Shown piece by piece: positions 55,693 to 64,000 of a stretch of 64,000 bases of DNA. Source of the DNA: Candidatus Woesearchaeota archaeon (lineage in GTDB: Archaea > Nanobdellota > Nanobdellia > Pacearchaeales > GW2011-AR1); the NCBI GenBank assembly GCA_964621025.1, contig CAZUKQ010000002.1, positions 35,292 through 99,291 of the forward strand, in the 5' to 3' direction. Both the position numbers and the translations under genes were made by a program. The notes below the pieces were generated by a model. The model was not told where the DNA came from. It saw nothing but the letters and a program-made list of their open reading frames with translations, and made no database searches. Positions within the stretch are counted from its first letter, which is position 1. Each line of letters starts with the position of its first letter.

Positions 55693-56670
55693 AACTGGTG
55701 AATTTGTGCTTGCTGATTTTTCTAATTTGCTTAATCTTTCAATAAGGGAAGCACCTACTTTTTTCTGTTCTTCAAGTTGTGTTTCATAGAGTTTTATTTT
55801 TTCGTCTTGTTCTGTTATTTTTTCTGCTTGAGTTTTTAGTGTTGCTGTTAAACTTCCTAAAGAGTCTTTTCTTTCTTGTTCTAGTCTTGTTGAATCTTCT
55901 TGAATTTTTTTAAAACTTTTTTCTGTTTCAATTTCATAGTTTCCAGTTTTTGCAATAATTGTGCTAATATCTTCGGCGAGAATAGAGGTTTTTGTTCCAA
56001 AGAGAGTTTCTAGATTATTTATTCTTAAAGAGTTTTGTCCGTCTGTAATCATCTTCGCTTCTTTATCAGACTGTATTTGTTCTGAAACTTTTACTATTTT
56101 TCCGTTCATGGAATCTAATGTTTCACCCACATATTTTCGATCATAGTATCCTTTCCCGACGTATGTAGCTCCAATTGCTAAAGTAGTCGCAACTATTGTT
56201 GTTCCAACAATTCTAACAGTTCTTCTCATTTGTTTATGCCTTTTAACTTCTAAGTTTGTTTGTGCTTCAACATGTTTTTGTTGTGCGTTGTATAAATCCG
56301 TTAGTCTATCTCTAAATTCTGGATGAGACAGAAGATAAATAGTCATTTTATCTAAAGAGTGAGAAACTTCCGCAGAAGTTATTTGCTCTCTAATTAGAGG
56401 ACTTTCATTGGAGGCTTTTACTAAAGCAGTATAGATTTCTTGAGCTCTTGTGAGACTTATTCCTCCGTCTATTTTTTCACCCATAGATAGAATCATTGCT
56501 TCTAAATCTGTTTTGTGTTTTTCTTCTAATTCTCTAAGAGTCTTTATTTCTTCGCCTTGTTTATACAAGGTTCTTCTGACATTTTTGTCTCGGTAATATG
56601 GTTGAGAAGCACTTTTATGTTTAAGTAATTTAGGAATATACGTGAGGAACTCATACAGTCTATTGACCAT
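55684..56670 (-). CDS. coiled-coil protein with central TM helix
   Basis: IVGTTIVATTLAIGATYV TM; heptad-rich C-terminus. Confidence 0.7.
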   Translation of the reverse strand: MVNRLYEFLTYIPKLLKHKSASQPYYRDKNVRRTLYKQGEEIKTLRELEEKHKTDLEAMILSMGEKIDGGISLTRAQEIYTALVKASNESPLIREQITSAEVSHSLDKMTIYLLSHPEFRDRLTDLYNAQQKHVEAQTNLEVKRHKQMRRTVRIVGTTIVATTLAIGATYVGKGYYDRKYVGETLDSMNGKIVKVSEQIQSDKEAKMITDGQNSLRINNLETLFGTKTSILAEDISTIIAKTGNYEIETEKSFKKIQEDSTRLEQERKDSLGSLTATLKTQAEKITEQDEKIKLYETQLEEQKKVGASLIERLSKLEKSASTNSPVLN

Positions 56671-56782
56671 ATTTTATCTATGAAAATCTTGCTTAAAAAG
56701 ATGATTATCTCCGACTATACATATTTATTTTGAGATTTTATTGTTTAGCAAGCTTTAAAAACCGATTTTTACAAGAAATGAT

Positions 56783-57352
56783 ATGGCACTTGCAAAATAT
56801 TTGAGAGACTCTTGGAAGAATGTTAGTCCAGAAGTTTATCGAACTAGAATGATTGATTGGAGACGATCTGAAACAATTGTTAGAGTTGATCAACCATTAA
56901 GATTAGACAGAGCAAGAGCTTTAGGTTACAAAGCAAAAGAAGGAGTTTTTATTGTAAGAATCAGACTTGTCCGAGGCGGTCACAAGAGAATGAGACCAAG
57001 AAAAGGTAGAAGATCTGCAAGAATGACTCCGAGAAAAGTTGTTTCTATGAACTACAGAGAAATCGCAGAACAAAGAGTTGCTAGAAAATATACAAACTGT
57101 GAAGTTATTAATTCTTATTTAATTGGTAAAGACGGTTTACACGCTTTCTATGAAGTTATTTTAGTAGACCGAGCTGCACCAACAATAAAGAACGACAAAC
57201 AATTATCTTATGTTACAAACCCTGCAAACAAGGCTAGAGCTTTGAGAGGTTTGACTTCTGCTGGTCACAAGGCAAGAGGATTAAGAAATTCTACAGTTAA
57301 GGCTCCTAAAGTTAGACCTTCATTGAGAGCAAATAGAAGAAGAGGAAACTAA
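56783..57352 (+). CDS. rpl15e: 50S ribosomal protein eL15
   Basis: RLDRARALGYKAK, RALRGLTSAG, KVRPSLRAN. Confidence 0.96.
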   Translation: MALAKYLRDSWKNVSPEVYRTRMIDWRRSETIVRVDQPLRLDRARALGYKAKEGVFIVRIRLVRGGHKRMRPRKGRRSARMTPRKVVSMNYREIAEQRVARKYTNCEVINSYLIGKDGLHAFYEVILVDRAAPTIKNDKQLSYVTNPANKARALRGLTSAGHKARGLRNSTVKAPKVRPSLRANRRRGN

Positions 57353-57356
57353 ACTC

Positions 57357-57590
57357 ATGAACTGGTTGTTTAGAACTATTTTAAGCGTTTTTGCATTTCT
57401 TTGTGTTATATTATTCGTATTAGTTTTATTAGTAATTTTGATTCCGCTTTTCTTTGTTGGATTAATTTTTTGGATAATACTTCTTATTTTGTTTTTTATT
57501 TTAGGAATATATCTGTCTATTTATTTCTGGAATTTAAAGAGAAAGATGAAGGTTGCTAGACATTCAAGAAGAATAGTAGTTAGAAATTAA
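57357..57590 (+). CDS. small 2-TM hypothetical protein
   Basis: Very hydrophobic, basic tail. Confidence 0.55.
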   Translation: MNWLFRTILSVFAFLCVILFVLVLLVILIPLFFVGLIFWIILLILFFILGIYLSIYFWNLKRKMKVARHSRRIVVRN

Positions 57591-57904
57591 ATATTAGAAT
57601 CAATCCATTCTTTAACTGCTGATGCTGGTCTTGCGCCTAAGAATTCTGCAGAGATTTCGCCATCCTTGAACATTTTAACAGAGGGAATTGACATGATTCC
57701 GTAAATCATTGCGTTTTCTTGGTTTTCTTCTACGTTCATTTTTACAACGGAAACTTTAGAGGAGTATTCTTTTCCAACTTGTTCCATGATTGGTCCAAGC
57801 ATTAAACAAGGTCCGCACCAAGGTGCCCAGAAGTCTACAACTACTGGTTTCTTGAAGCTTGCTTCAATAACATCTTTCTGAAATGATTCATCTGTAACGT
57901 CCAT
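57587..57904 (-). CDS. trxA: thioredoxin
   Basis: VDFWAPWCGPC, SIP. Confidence 0.95.
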   Translation of the reverse strand: MDVTDESFQKDVIEASFKKPVVVDFWAPWCGPCLMLGPIMEQVGKEYSSKVSVVKMNVEENQENAMIYGIMSIPSVKMFKDGEISAEFLGARPASAVKEWIDSNI

Positions 57905-57950
57905 GTTTATTTTGTGTATTATTTTATTTTTAAATGTTGGTTAACTCGGT

Positions 57951-59288
57951 TTACTCTAATTTACTTCCAACATCAAATATAATTTCTTCGTGGAATGCTG
58001 GTGCGAGGATTTGTAGTCCGACTGCTTTTTTATCGATTTCTCCGACGGGAATTGAGATAGCAGGCAAACTTGCAAGGTTTGCTAATACTGTTAGAACATC
58101 ATAGCCATACATTTCTTCAACTGAAATTTGTTCTCCAACTTTATGAGCTGTTCTTGGAACTGTTGGCATAACTAAGAAATCAACTTCTTCAAATAATTTT
58201 TCAAATTGTTCTTTGATGTATCTTTTTGCCTTCAAAGATTCTCTGTAATATTTTCCTGCGTATTCTGCCTGTGAAATTTCTGAACCGCCAAGAATTCTTC
58301 TCAAAACTTCTGGTCCTGCAGCTTCTTCTATTTTTTTACCAAATCTTCTTCCGTCATATTTTCTCGTCGCTGAAAAGAACTCAACATAAACCATAACGTA
58401 ATAAGTTTGAATCGCAATATCTAGTGGAAGATTTACTTCTTTTATTTCCCAACCATTTTTCTTTGCTAAGTCTTTTGTTTTTTTCTCAATTAAATTTGCG
58501 ATTTCTTGGTTCGCAAATTTTTCTACGTTTACTAAACCAATTTTATATTTTTTCTTTGGTTTTGCATCTTTGAAATCTTGTGTAACCGAATCAAAATTAT
58601 CCTGGCCTTTTATTATATCAAAAATTAATTTTGCATCTTCAACTGAATTTGTAATTGGCCCTATTTGATCTAAGGACATTGACATATCTAAAAGTCCGTA
58701 ACGTGAAACTGCGCCATATGTTGGTTTAATGCCGACCACACCACAATGTGAAGCTGGATTTCTTATACTTCCGCCAGTGTCAGAACCAAGAGCAAAATCA
58801 CATAAACCCGCAGCTACCGCTGCTGCTGAACCAGATGAAGAACCACCGGGAATTAAATTTTTATCTCGCGGATTTTTTGTTGGACCGAAAGCAGAAGTTT
58901 CTCCAGAACCGCCACAAGCAAATTCGTCCATGTTAACCATTCCTAAAATTATTACATCTTCTTGTTTCAATTTTTGAATTACTGTTGCGTCGTATCCAGA
59001 AATGTAGCCTTCCAAAACTTTAGAAGCACAATTTGTTTCTAAATCTTTTACAGAAATATTTGATTTGATTGCACAACATAAACCAGCCAATTTACCGACG
59101 GTCTTTTTCGCTTTTATTTTTTCATCTAGTGCTTCCGCTTGTTTTAGTGCTTCATCGTTTAATACTAAATAAATATTCAATTCTTTGTTCAACTTATCAA
59201 TTTGCTTCGCAAATTGCATTACATTTTCTCTTACAGTCATCTTTCCTGATTTTATGTCTTTGATTTTTTGTGCTAGTGTGGTTTTCAT
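57951..59288 (-). CDS. gatA: tRNA-dependent amidotransferase subunit A
   Basis: IKSNI, NMDEFA, GGSSSGSAAAV, GSDTGGSIRNPA, YDG.RFG, EVLRRILGG. Confidence 0.92.
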   Translation of the reverse strand: MKTTLAQKIKDIKSGKMTVRENVMQFAKQIDKLNKELNIYLVLNDEALKQAEALDEKIKAKKTVGKLAGLCCAIKSNISVKDLETNCASKVLEGYISGYDATVIQKLKQEDVIILGMVNMDEFACGGSGETSAFGPTKNPRDKNLIPGGSSSGSAAAVAAGLCDFALGSDTGGSIRNPASHCGVVGIKPTYGAVSRYGLLDMSMSLDQIGPITNSVEDAKLIFDIIKGQDNFDSVTQDFKDAKPKKKYKIGLVNVEKFANQEIANLIEKKTKDLAKKNGWEIKEVNLPLDIAIQTYYVMVYVEFFSATRKYDGRRFGKKIEEAAGPEVLRRILGGSEISQAEYAGKYYRESLKAKRYIKEQFEKLFEEVDFLVMPTVPRTAHKVGEQISVEEMYGYDVLTVLANLASLPAISIPVGEIDKKAVGLQILAPAFHEEIIFDVGSKLE

Positions 59289-59548
59289 TTTTTCCAGCCT
59301 CCTTTTTCAGCTAAAATTAAATCATCTTCGACTAGCGGAGCATTGTCAAACATTGTGTCTTTGAAATCTTCGTCAGTTTTCCAGCCAGAGCCTTCGGTTC
59401 TTAATCCAGTTCCTTTAGAAAAATGTCCTTCTTCAGTTTTTATCTTTTCAAGTTTCTTAGAAAAATCATCCAAAAGTTTCTTCGCATTCTTCTTTATTTC
59501 CTCTTTCTCTTTTTCAGAAACCTCGTGCCAGGTAAAACTGTTTGCCAT
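59285..59548 (-). CDS. gatC: divergent amidotransferase subunit C
   Basis: Small; LR.E...MFDNAP..EDDLI; ATGA-coupled to gatA. Confidence 0.7.
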   Translation of the reverse strand: MANSFTWHEVSEKEKEEIKKNAKKLLDDFSKKLEKIKTEEGHFSKGTGLRTEGSGWKTDEDFKDTMFDNAPLVEDDLILAEKGGWKK

Positions 59549-59582
59549 AGAATTCATTAGTTTGAGAGACTTATAAGGTTTT

Positions 59583-60878
59583 TTATGGAGTTAATCTGTC
59601 TCGGTCTCTAGGGAAAAGAACTGCTTCTCTGATGTTTTTCAAACCAAGAACTAACATTGTTAATCTTTCTAAACCAATTCCCCAGCCAGAGTGTGGCGGA
59701 GCTCCGTATCTGAAAGAGTCAATATAATCTTTGAACATTTCAGGGTTTAGTCCTTTAACCTTTAATCTTTCAATTAATAATTCTGGAAGGTGGATTCTTT
59801 GACCGCCGGAAGTGATTTCCATTCCTTTGTAAATAGCGTCGAAACCGTTTGCTAATTTTGCTTTAGGGTCTCCGTCTTTAGGCATGATGTAGAAAGGTTT
59901 TCCTGAAAGTGGCCAGTCGTGAACAAACACAATTGTGTCAGGATATAATTCTCCAAGTTTTTCTTCGGATTCTCCGTTTAAGTCATCTTCACCAACATGA
60001 ACCTTTTCTTTTTTCATAATCTCTTTTACTTCTGCGAAAGTCATGTATTTTACTGCTGGAACTTTTAATTCTACTCCAAGAAGTTTCAATTCTTTGTCAT
60101 TTTTCTCCAATATTTTTTTAACAATATACTGAACTGTTTTTCCCATTATGTCCATTACAACTTTGTCGTCTGCAAAAGCCATTTCAAAATCCATCTGTCT
60201 ACATTCATTCAGATGTCTAACGGTATTATGCTTTTCTGCTCTCCAAACTGTGAAGACGGTGAAAACTTTTTCCATTGAACAAGCCAACATTTGTTTGTAT
60301 AGCTGACAGGATTGTGATAAGAATGCTTCTTTCTCGAAATATTTCATTTTGAAAACGTCTGTTCCACCTTCGGAAGAGGCTCCAATTAAACCAGGGAAGG
60401 CTGCTTCTAATGCGTCTTGTTCGTTTACCATGTATTCTCTGAATGCTGTCATTATTGTGCTTTGTATTTTGAAAATTGCCTGAGCTTTTTCTCTGTGCAA
60501 GTCTAAGAATCTGTTGTCTAATCTGATTGGTAATTCTGTTTTAGAATAGTCTGAAACGTCAATAGGTAATGGGTCTGCAGCTTTTGCAATGACTTCTATT
60601 TTGTCAGGTAAGATTTCTTTTCCGCCAGGTGCTTGTTTGGAATTTTTTACTGTTCCTTCAACAATAATTACTGATTCTCTTGAAATTTTATCCATTAAAG
60701 CGAAAGTATCTTTGTCAGTTTTTCCGTCAACACCAGTAACCTGAACTCTTCCAGTGATGTCTCTTAGTACAATAAATCTTATTTTCTTCAAATCTCTAGC
60801 TTCGTAGACCCAGCCTTTCAACTGAACCTTGTCGCCTTCGTTCAATTCAAATAAGTTTTTGATTTGTGTTCTTTCCAT
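59583..60878 (-). CDS. aspS: aspartate--tRNA ligase, archaeal, probably non-discriminating
   Basis: RLDNRFLDL, LSQSCQLYKQ, RAEKH.T.RHLNE, SGGQRIH, PPHSGWGIGLER, FPRDRDRLTP; QAPGG loop. Confidence 0.93.
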   Translation of the reverse strand: MERTQIKNLFELNEGDKVQLKGWVYEARDLKKIRFIVLRDITGRVQVTGVDGKTDKDTFALMDKISRESVIIVEGTVKNSKQAPGGKEILPDKIEVIAKAADPLPIDVSDYSKTELPIRLDNRFLDLHREKAQAIFKIQSTIMTAFREYMVNEQDALEAAFPGLIGASSEGGTDVFKMKYFEKEAFLSQSCQLYKQMLACSMEKVFTVFTVWRAEKHNTVRHLNECRQMDFEMAFADDKVVMDIMGKTVQYIVKKILEKNDKELKLLGVELKVPAVKYMTFAEVKEIMKKEKVHVGEDDLNGESEEKLGELYPDTIVFVHDWPLSGKPFYIMPKDGDPKAKLANGFDAIYKGMEITSGGQRIHLPELLIERLKVKGLNPEMFKDYIDSFRYGAPPHSGWGIGLERLTMLVLGLKNIREAVLFPRDRDRLTP

Positions 60879-60886
60879 GATTTTGA

Positions 60887-62311
60887 TTATTCTTTTTGCT
60901 TTTTAAGTTCTTCCATTACTTCCTTTCCACTAACTTGACCTTTGAATTTACCCATGACTAGTCCCATATAGGCACCGTCGGTTAAACCCGGTTTTTCTTT
61001 CAATAATCTCTTAACTTCGCCTGCTAAATCTACTTCGGATTTTGCTAAAGATTCTTTCAAAGATTTTCCTTCCGCTATTTTTTGCATTACTGTCTTCACA
61101 TCGTTTTCTGAGATTTTGCTTTCGGCTACTGCTGTCAAAATTCCTTCCAAAGTTTGTGCAGAAAGTCTTTTCTCAAATTCTTCTTCAGATAGTTGTGATT
61201 TCTTTTGTATTTCGTTTTTGAAAATTGTTAAAATCTTTACAATCAGCTGAGGATTATTCAAAACAGTCATTAGCTCTTTGAATTCTTCTAATTTGTTTTC
61301 TTTCAACAAAGCTTTTACAAGTTCTTCATTCAAACCGAATTCTGCTAAATAAGATTTATGTTCAGAAGTTAATTTTGGTAAGGTTGCTTTTGCTTCGTTT
61401 ATCATTTCTCTTGAAATTTTTAATAAAGGATGGTCGGTTTCAGGATACATTCTTGCAGCACCAGGCATAGGTCTCAAAAATGTTGTTGTACCATCAGGAT
61501 TTGTTCTTCTAACTTCTTTTTTAGAAAATTTATTTTTCACACATTCTTGCTGTCTTTCTATTTCTGTGTCAACCGTTTTAATCATTATTTTTGGATCCTG
61601 GAAACCTTTTATTTCAACTCTTTCCGAGCCTTTGATAGAAACGTTTACGTCTTGTCTGATTGTTCCAATTCCTCTTTTAACATTACAAGCTCTCAAAATT
61701 TCTCCGATTTTCAACGCAGCTTCTTTTATTTGGTCAGGAGTTTTCAAATCTGGTTTTGTAGTTATTTCAACTAAAGGAATTCCAAGTCTGTCTAATCTGT
61801 AGGTTGTAGTCTTTTCATCTTCTGATATTTTTCTTGCTGCGTCTTCTTCTAGTGCGATTGTTTCTATTCCAACCTTTCCGTATGAAGTTTCAATAAATCC
61901 GTCGTGGCCTATTAAAACTGTTCTCTGGAAACCAGAAGTGTTAGAACCGTCAATTACAGTCTTTCTCATTACCTGAGTTACTGGGAAAACTTTGCAGTTC
62001 ATAAGTTCGCAAATTTGTAGTGCAACTTTTAAAGATTCAGGGTTTATTGTATGTGGTGGTTCTTCGTCTAATTCAACCAAACAGTTTGTGTCATAGAATT
62101 CATAAACGAATGTTTTGTCTTTTAATTTTTCATAGGCTGCTGCAGAATCTACTTCGCCGGTTTCACCAACTACGGGGTTAAGTTTTCTTTCTACCTTGAA
62201 TTTTGGTTCTTCGTTTACTAGAATAGAAGGACAATTACAGAAGAGTTTGTTTGTGTTCAACTGCTGGTGTATTTCTAGTCCAGACTTTAGGCCAATTTTT
62301 TCATAATCCAT
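60887..62311 (-). CDS. gatE: GatE-type amidotransferase subunit lacking the AspRS-like insertion domain
   Basis: GLEIHQQL, CLVELDEEPPH, MRKTVIDGSNTSGFQRT, LDRLGIPLVEI, KRGIGTIRQDVNVSI, RPMPGAARMYPETD; only 474 aa. Confidence 0.88.
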   Translation of the reverse strand: MDYEKIGLKSGLEIHQQLNTNKLFCNCPSILVNEEPKFKVERKLNPVVGETGEVDSAAAYEKLKDKTFVYEFYDTNCLVELDEEPPHTINPESLKVALQICELMNCKVFPVTQVMRKTVIDGSNTSGFQRTVLIGHDGFIETSYGKVGIETIALEEDAARKISEDEKTTTYRLDRLGIPLVEITTKPDLKTPDQIKEAALKIGEILRACNVKRGIGTIRQDVNVSIKGSERVEIKGFQDPKIMIKTVDTEIERQQECVKNKFSKKEVRRTNPDGTTTFLRPMPGAARMYPETDHPLLKISREMINEAKATLPKLTSEHKSYLAEFGLNEELVKALLKENKLEEFKELMTVLNNPQLIVKILTIFKNEIQKKSQLSEEEFEKRLSAQTLEGILTAVAESKISENDVKTVMQKIAEGKSLKESLAKSEVDLAGEVKRLLKEKPGLTDGAYMGLVMGKFKGQVSGKEVMEELKKQKE

Positions 62312-62349
62312 AATATCACAAGTTTTTGATTGTTAATAAATCTTACCAG

Positions 62350-62607
62350 CTAAGCTTTTTTGTAAATTATTCTCTGAATCGTTAGAATTGCCCAAAGAAC
62401 CGCATTTAACAGATTTACAAGAGCAGAAATAACTAAACCTAGGTAAAGAAGACTGATAGTCATTACAAAAGCCCCTATGACTGTGAGAATAGCTGTCCCA
62501 AAGTGAATAAAACCTATTTTGTGTTTAAATCCTTGAATAATCTGGTTGATAATTGAATAACTAAACAAAATATTTGCTAGTGCGATTGCAATGTCTGGCC
62601 AAGTCAT
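62350..62607 (-). CDS. small 3-TM protein (SemiSWEET/PQ-loop-like)
   Basis: 85 aa, three TM, NQII in PQ position. Confidence 0.55.
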   Translation of the reverse strand: MTWPDIAIALANILFSYSIINQIIQGFKHKIGFIHFGTAILTVIGAFVMTISLLYLGLVISALVNLLNAVLWAILTIQRIIYKKA

Positions 62608-62680
62608 TTCTTTTTAATCAAAAATTAAGTTATAAAGATATAGGTGATAAGCTTAAAAATAGGGCCAAATTAATTTTCAT

Positions 62681-64000
62681 ATGGTGAATGCGAAATTATC
62701 TAAGTTAGAGATTAAAAAAAGAGCGAAGGCGAGAAAGGTGAGTATCGCAGAAGGTTCTGCGTACAGTGTAATGGATGGTTTCGGTTTGAGAAATATAACT
62801 TCCTATGCGGTTGCGTTAAATTCTTCTAACTTTGTGATTGGTATGCTTAATTCAGTTCCTTCTCTGATTGGAAATATTGCACAGATTTTTAGTAATAAAC
62901 TTTTAGAAAAATATCCCCGAAAAAAAATAGTTCAGGTTTCAGTTTTCCTTCAGGCATTAATGTGGTTGTTCTTGATTATTCCAGGTGTTTTATACTTACT
63001 TTCTTTGGAAAAGATCAGCGGAGGACTTTTAGTTTTAGTTTATACTTTGTTGATTAGTTTTGGTGCTACTGGTGGTCCTGCATGGAGTTCTTGGATGAAA
63101 GATTTAATCGACGATAAAAGTGGGACTTATTTTGCTAAGCGAGGTAAAATTATTAGTTTTATTGCTTTAGTTTCAATGTTAGTTGGAGGATTTGTTCTAG
63201 ACTATTTTAAACAGACAAATGTATTTGTAGGTTTCTTTATTCTTTTCTTTTTCTCATTTGTAGCCAGGAGTATTTCTGGATTGACCTTCGCAAAACAATA
63301 TGAACCAAAATTAAAACTTGACAAAGATAAAAAATACTATTTCAGTTTTGCTGATTTTGTAAGAAAAATTACTAAGAATAACTTTGGGAGATTTGTAATT
63401 TTCGTTGCTGGAATAACCTTTGCAACTCAGTTGTCCTCTCCATTCTTCGCAGTTTTTATGTTGAAAGAATTACACTTTAGTTATTCAGTCTTTTTTATGA
63501 TTAGTCTTGCTTCTGTTCTATCAGGTATCTTATCTATGAACTCTTGGGGGAAAGTTGTTGATAGATATGGTGATGTGAAAATTTTGAGAGTATCTGGGGT
63601 TTTTATTTTCTTAATTCCTTTGATGTGGGTTTTACCAATATTTTTACCAACTGGTTTAGTAATTCCTTTTCTTTTCTTTGCAGAATTTTTCTCAGGTTTT
63701 GTCTGGGCAGGTTTCAATTTGGCTGCAGGTAACTTCATTTACACTGTTGTAACCAGAGAAAGAGTTGCATTATGTTCTTCTTATTTCAATATGATTAATG
63801 GTCTTGGAGTTTTCTTAGGTGCAGCACTTGGAGGAGTTTTAGCTTCGTCAAATATTTCACTAATGGGCTCATCTTTAATTGCTTTGTTCATTATTTCTGC
63901 TTTTGCAAGAGCGACATTTTACTTTATGTTTTACAAATCATTTAAAGAAAATAAAAAAGTTGATGGATTCAAATTTAACGAATTCGCGAAAGAAGTATTT
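62681..64000 (+). CDS. MFS transporter, partial
   Basis: Manual translation MVNAKLSK...SIAEGSAYSVMDGFG...WGKVVDRYG..., open to the window end; TATA 62652. Confidence 0.88.
   Translation, partial: MVNAKLSKLEIKKRAKARKVSIAEGSAYSVMDGFGLRNITSYAVALNSSNFVIGMLNSVPSLIGNIAQIFSNKLLEKYPRKKIVQVSVFLQALMWLFLIIPGVLYLLSLEKISGGLLVLVYTLLISFGATGGPAWSSWMKDLIDDKSGTYFAKRGKIISFIALVSMLVGGFVLDYFKQTNVFVGFFILFFFSFVARSISGLTFAKQYEPKLKLDKDKKYYFSFADFVRKITKNNFGRFVIFVAGITFATQLSSPFFAVFMLKELHFSYSVFFMISLASVLSGILSMNSWGKVVDRYGDVKILRVSGVFIFLIPLMWVLPIFLPTGLVIPFLFFAEFFSGFVWAGFNLAAGNFIYTVVTRERVALCSSYFNMINGLGVFLGAALGGVLASSNISLMGSSLIALFIISAFARATFYFMFYKSFKENKKVDGFKFNEFAKEVF

Noticed and set aside
60887-62311. Calling this gene ordinary gatB because of its length and gatCA context
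   Set aside because: Signature motifs are GatE-type and GatB hallmarks such as YFYPDLPKGYQISQ are absent.
2050-63738. Many 60-170 aa ORFs antisense or frame-shifted within real genes (e.g. 10364..10777, 17557..17889, 49595..50107, 61430..61774, 63481..63738)
   Set aside because: Shadow ORFs of biased genes; no promoters or motifs.
1-64000. CRISPR array, rRNA, SRP/RNase P RNA, IS elements
   Set aside because: No regularly spaced repeats, long GC-rich RNA genes, transposases or terminal inverted repeats were seen.

Overview
AT-rich, gene-dense chromosomal segment of a small-genome archaeon. The r-proteins eS19/eL39/eL31/eL15, thermosome, archaeal TyrRS/AspRS, GatE, a BHB tRNA intron and TATA boxes 29 nt upstream of leaderless starts point to DPANN, probably Pacearchaeota/Woesearchaeota-like (inferred). 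It holds about 80 CDS and 4 tRNAs (Val-TAC, Gly-GCC, intron-containing Tyr-GTA, Ile-GAT). No CRISPR array, rRNA, integrase or transposase was seen. Best candidates for undescribed systems: (1) a tightly coupled 6-gene, 8.3-kb operon (20263-28536) encoding a long helical protein, an unknown protein, a divergent AAA ATPase, a DUF6638-like protein, a Gly-rich membrane protein and a doubly anchored surface protein; (2) a gatE-aspS-gatC-gatA cluster whose GatE lacks its AspRS-like insertion domain and occupies the place of GatB, suggesting a hybrid 'GatCAE' amidotransferase. Also notable: a phage T5 A1-like metallophosphoesterase outside any provirus, an IscU-NFACT-R fusion in an Fe-S operon with a perfect operator palindrome, a receptor-like pseudo-cyclase, a membrane-anchored diadenylate cyclase, a degenerate TtuA, a structured rps19e leader and several uORFs. 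All family assignments come from motif recognition and recall; no database searches were run.
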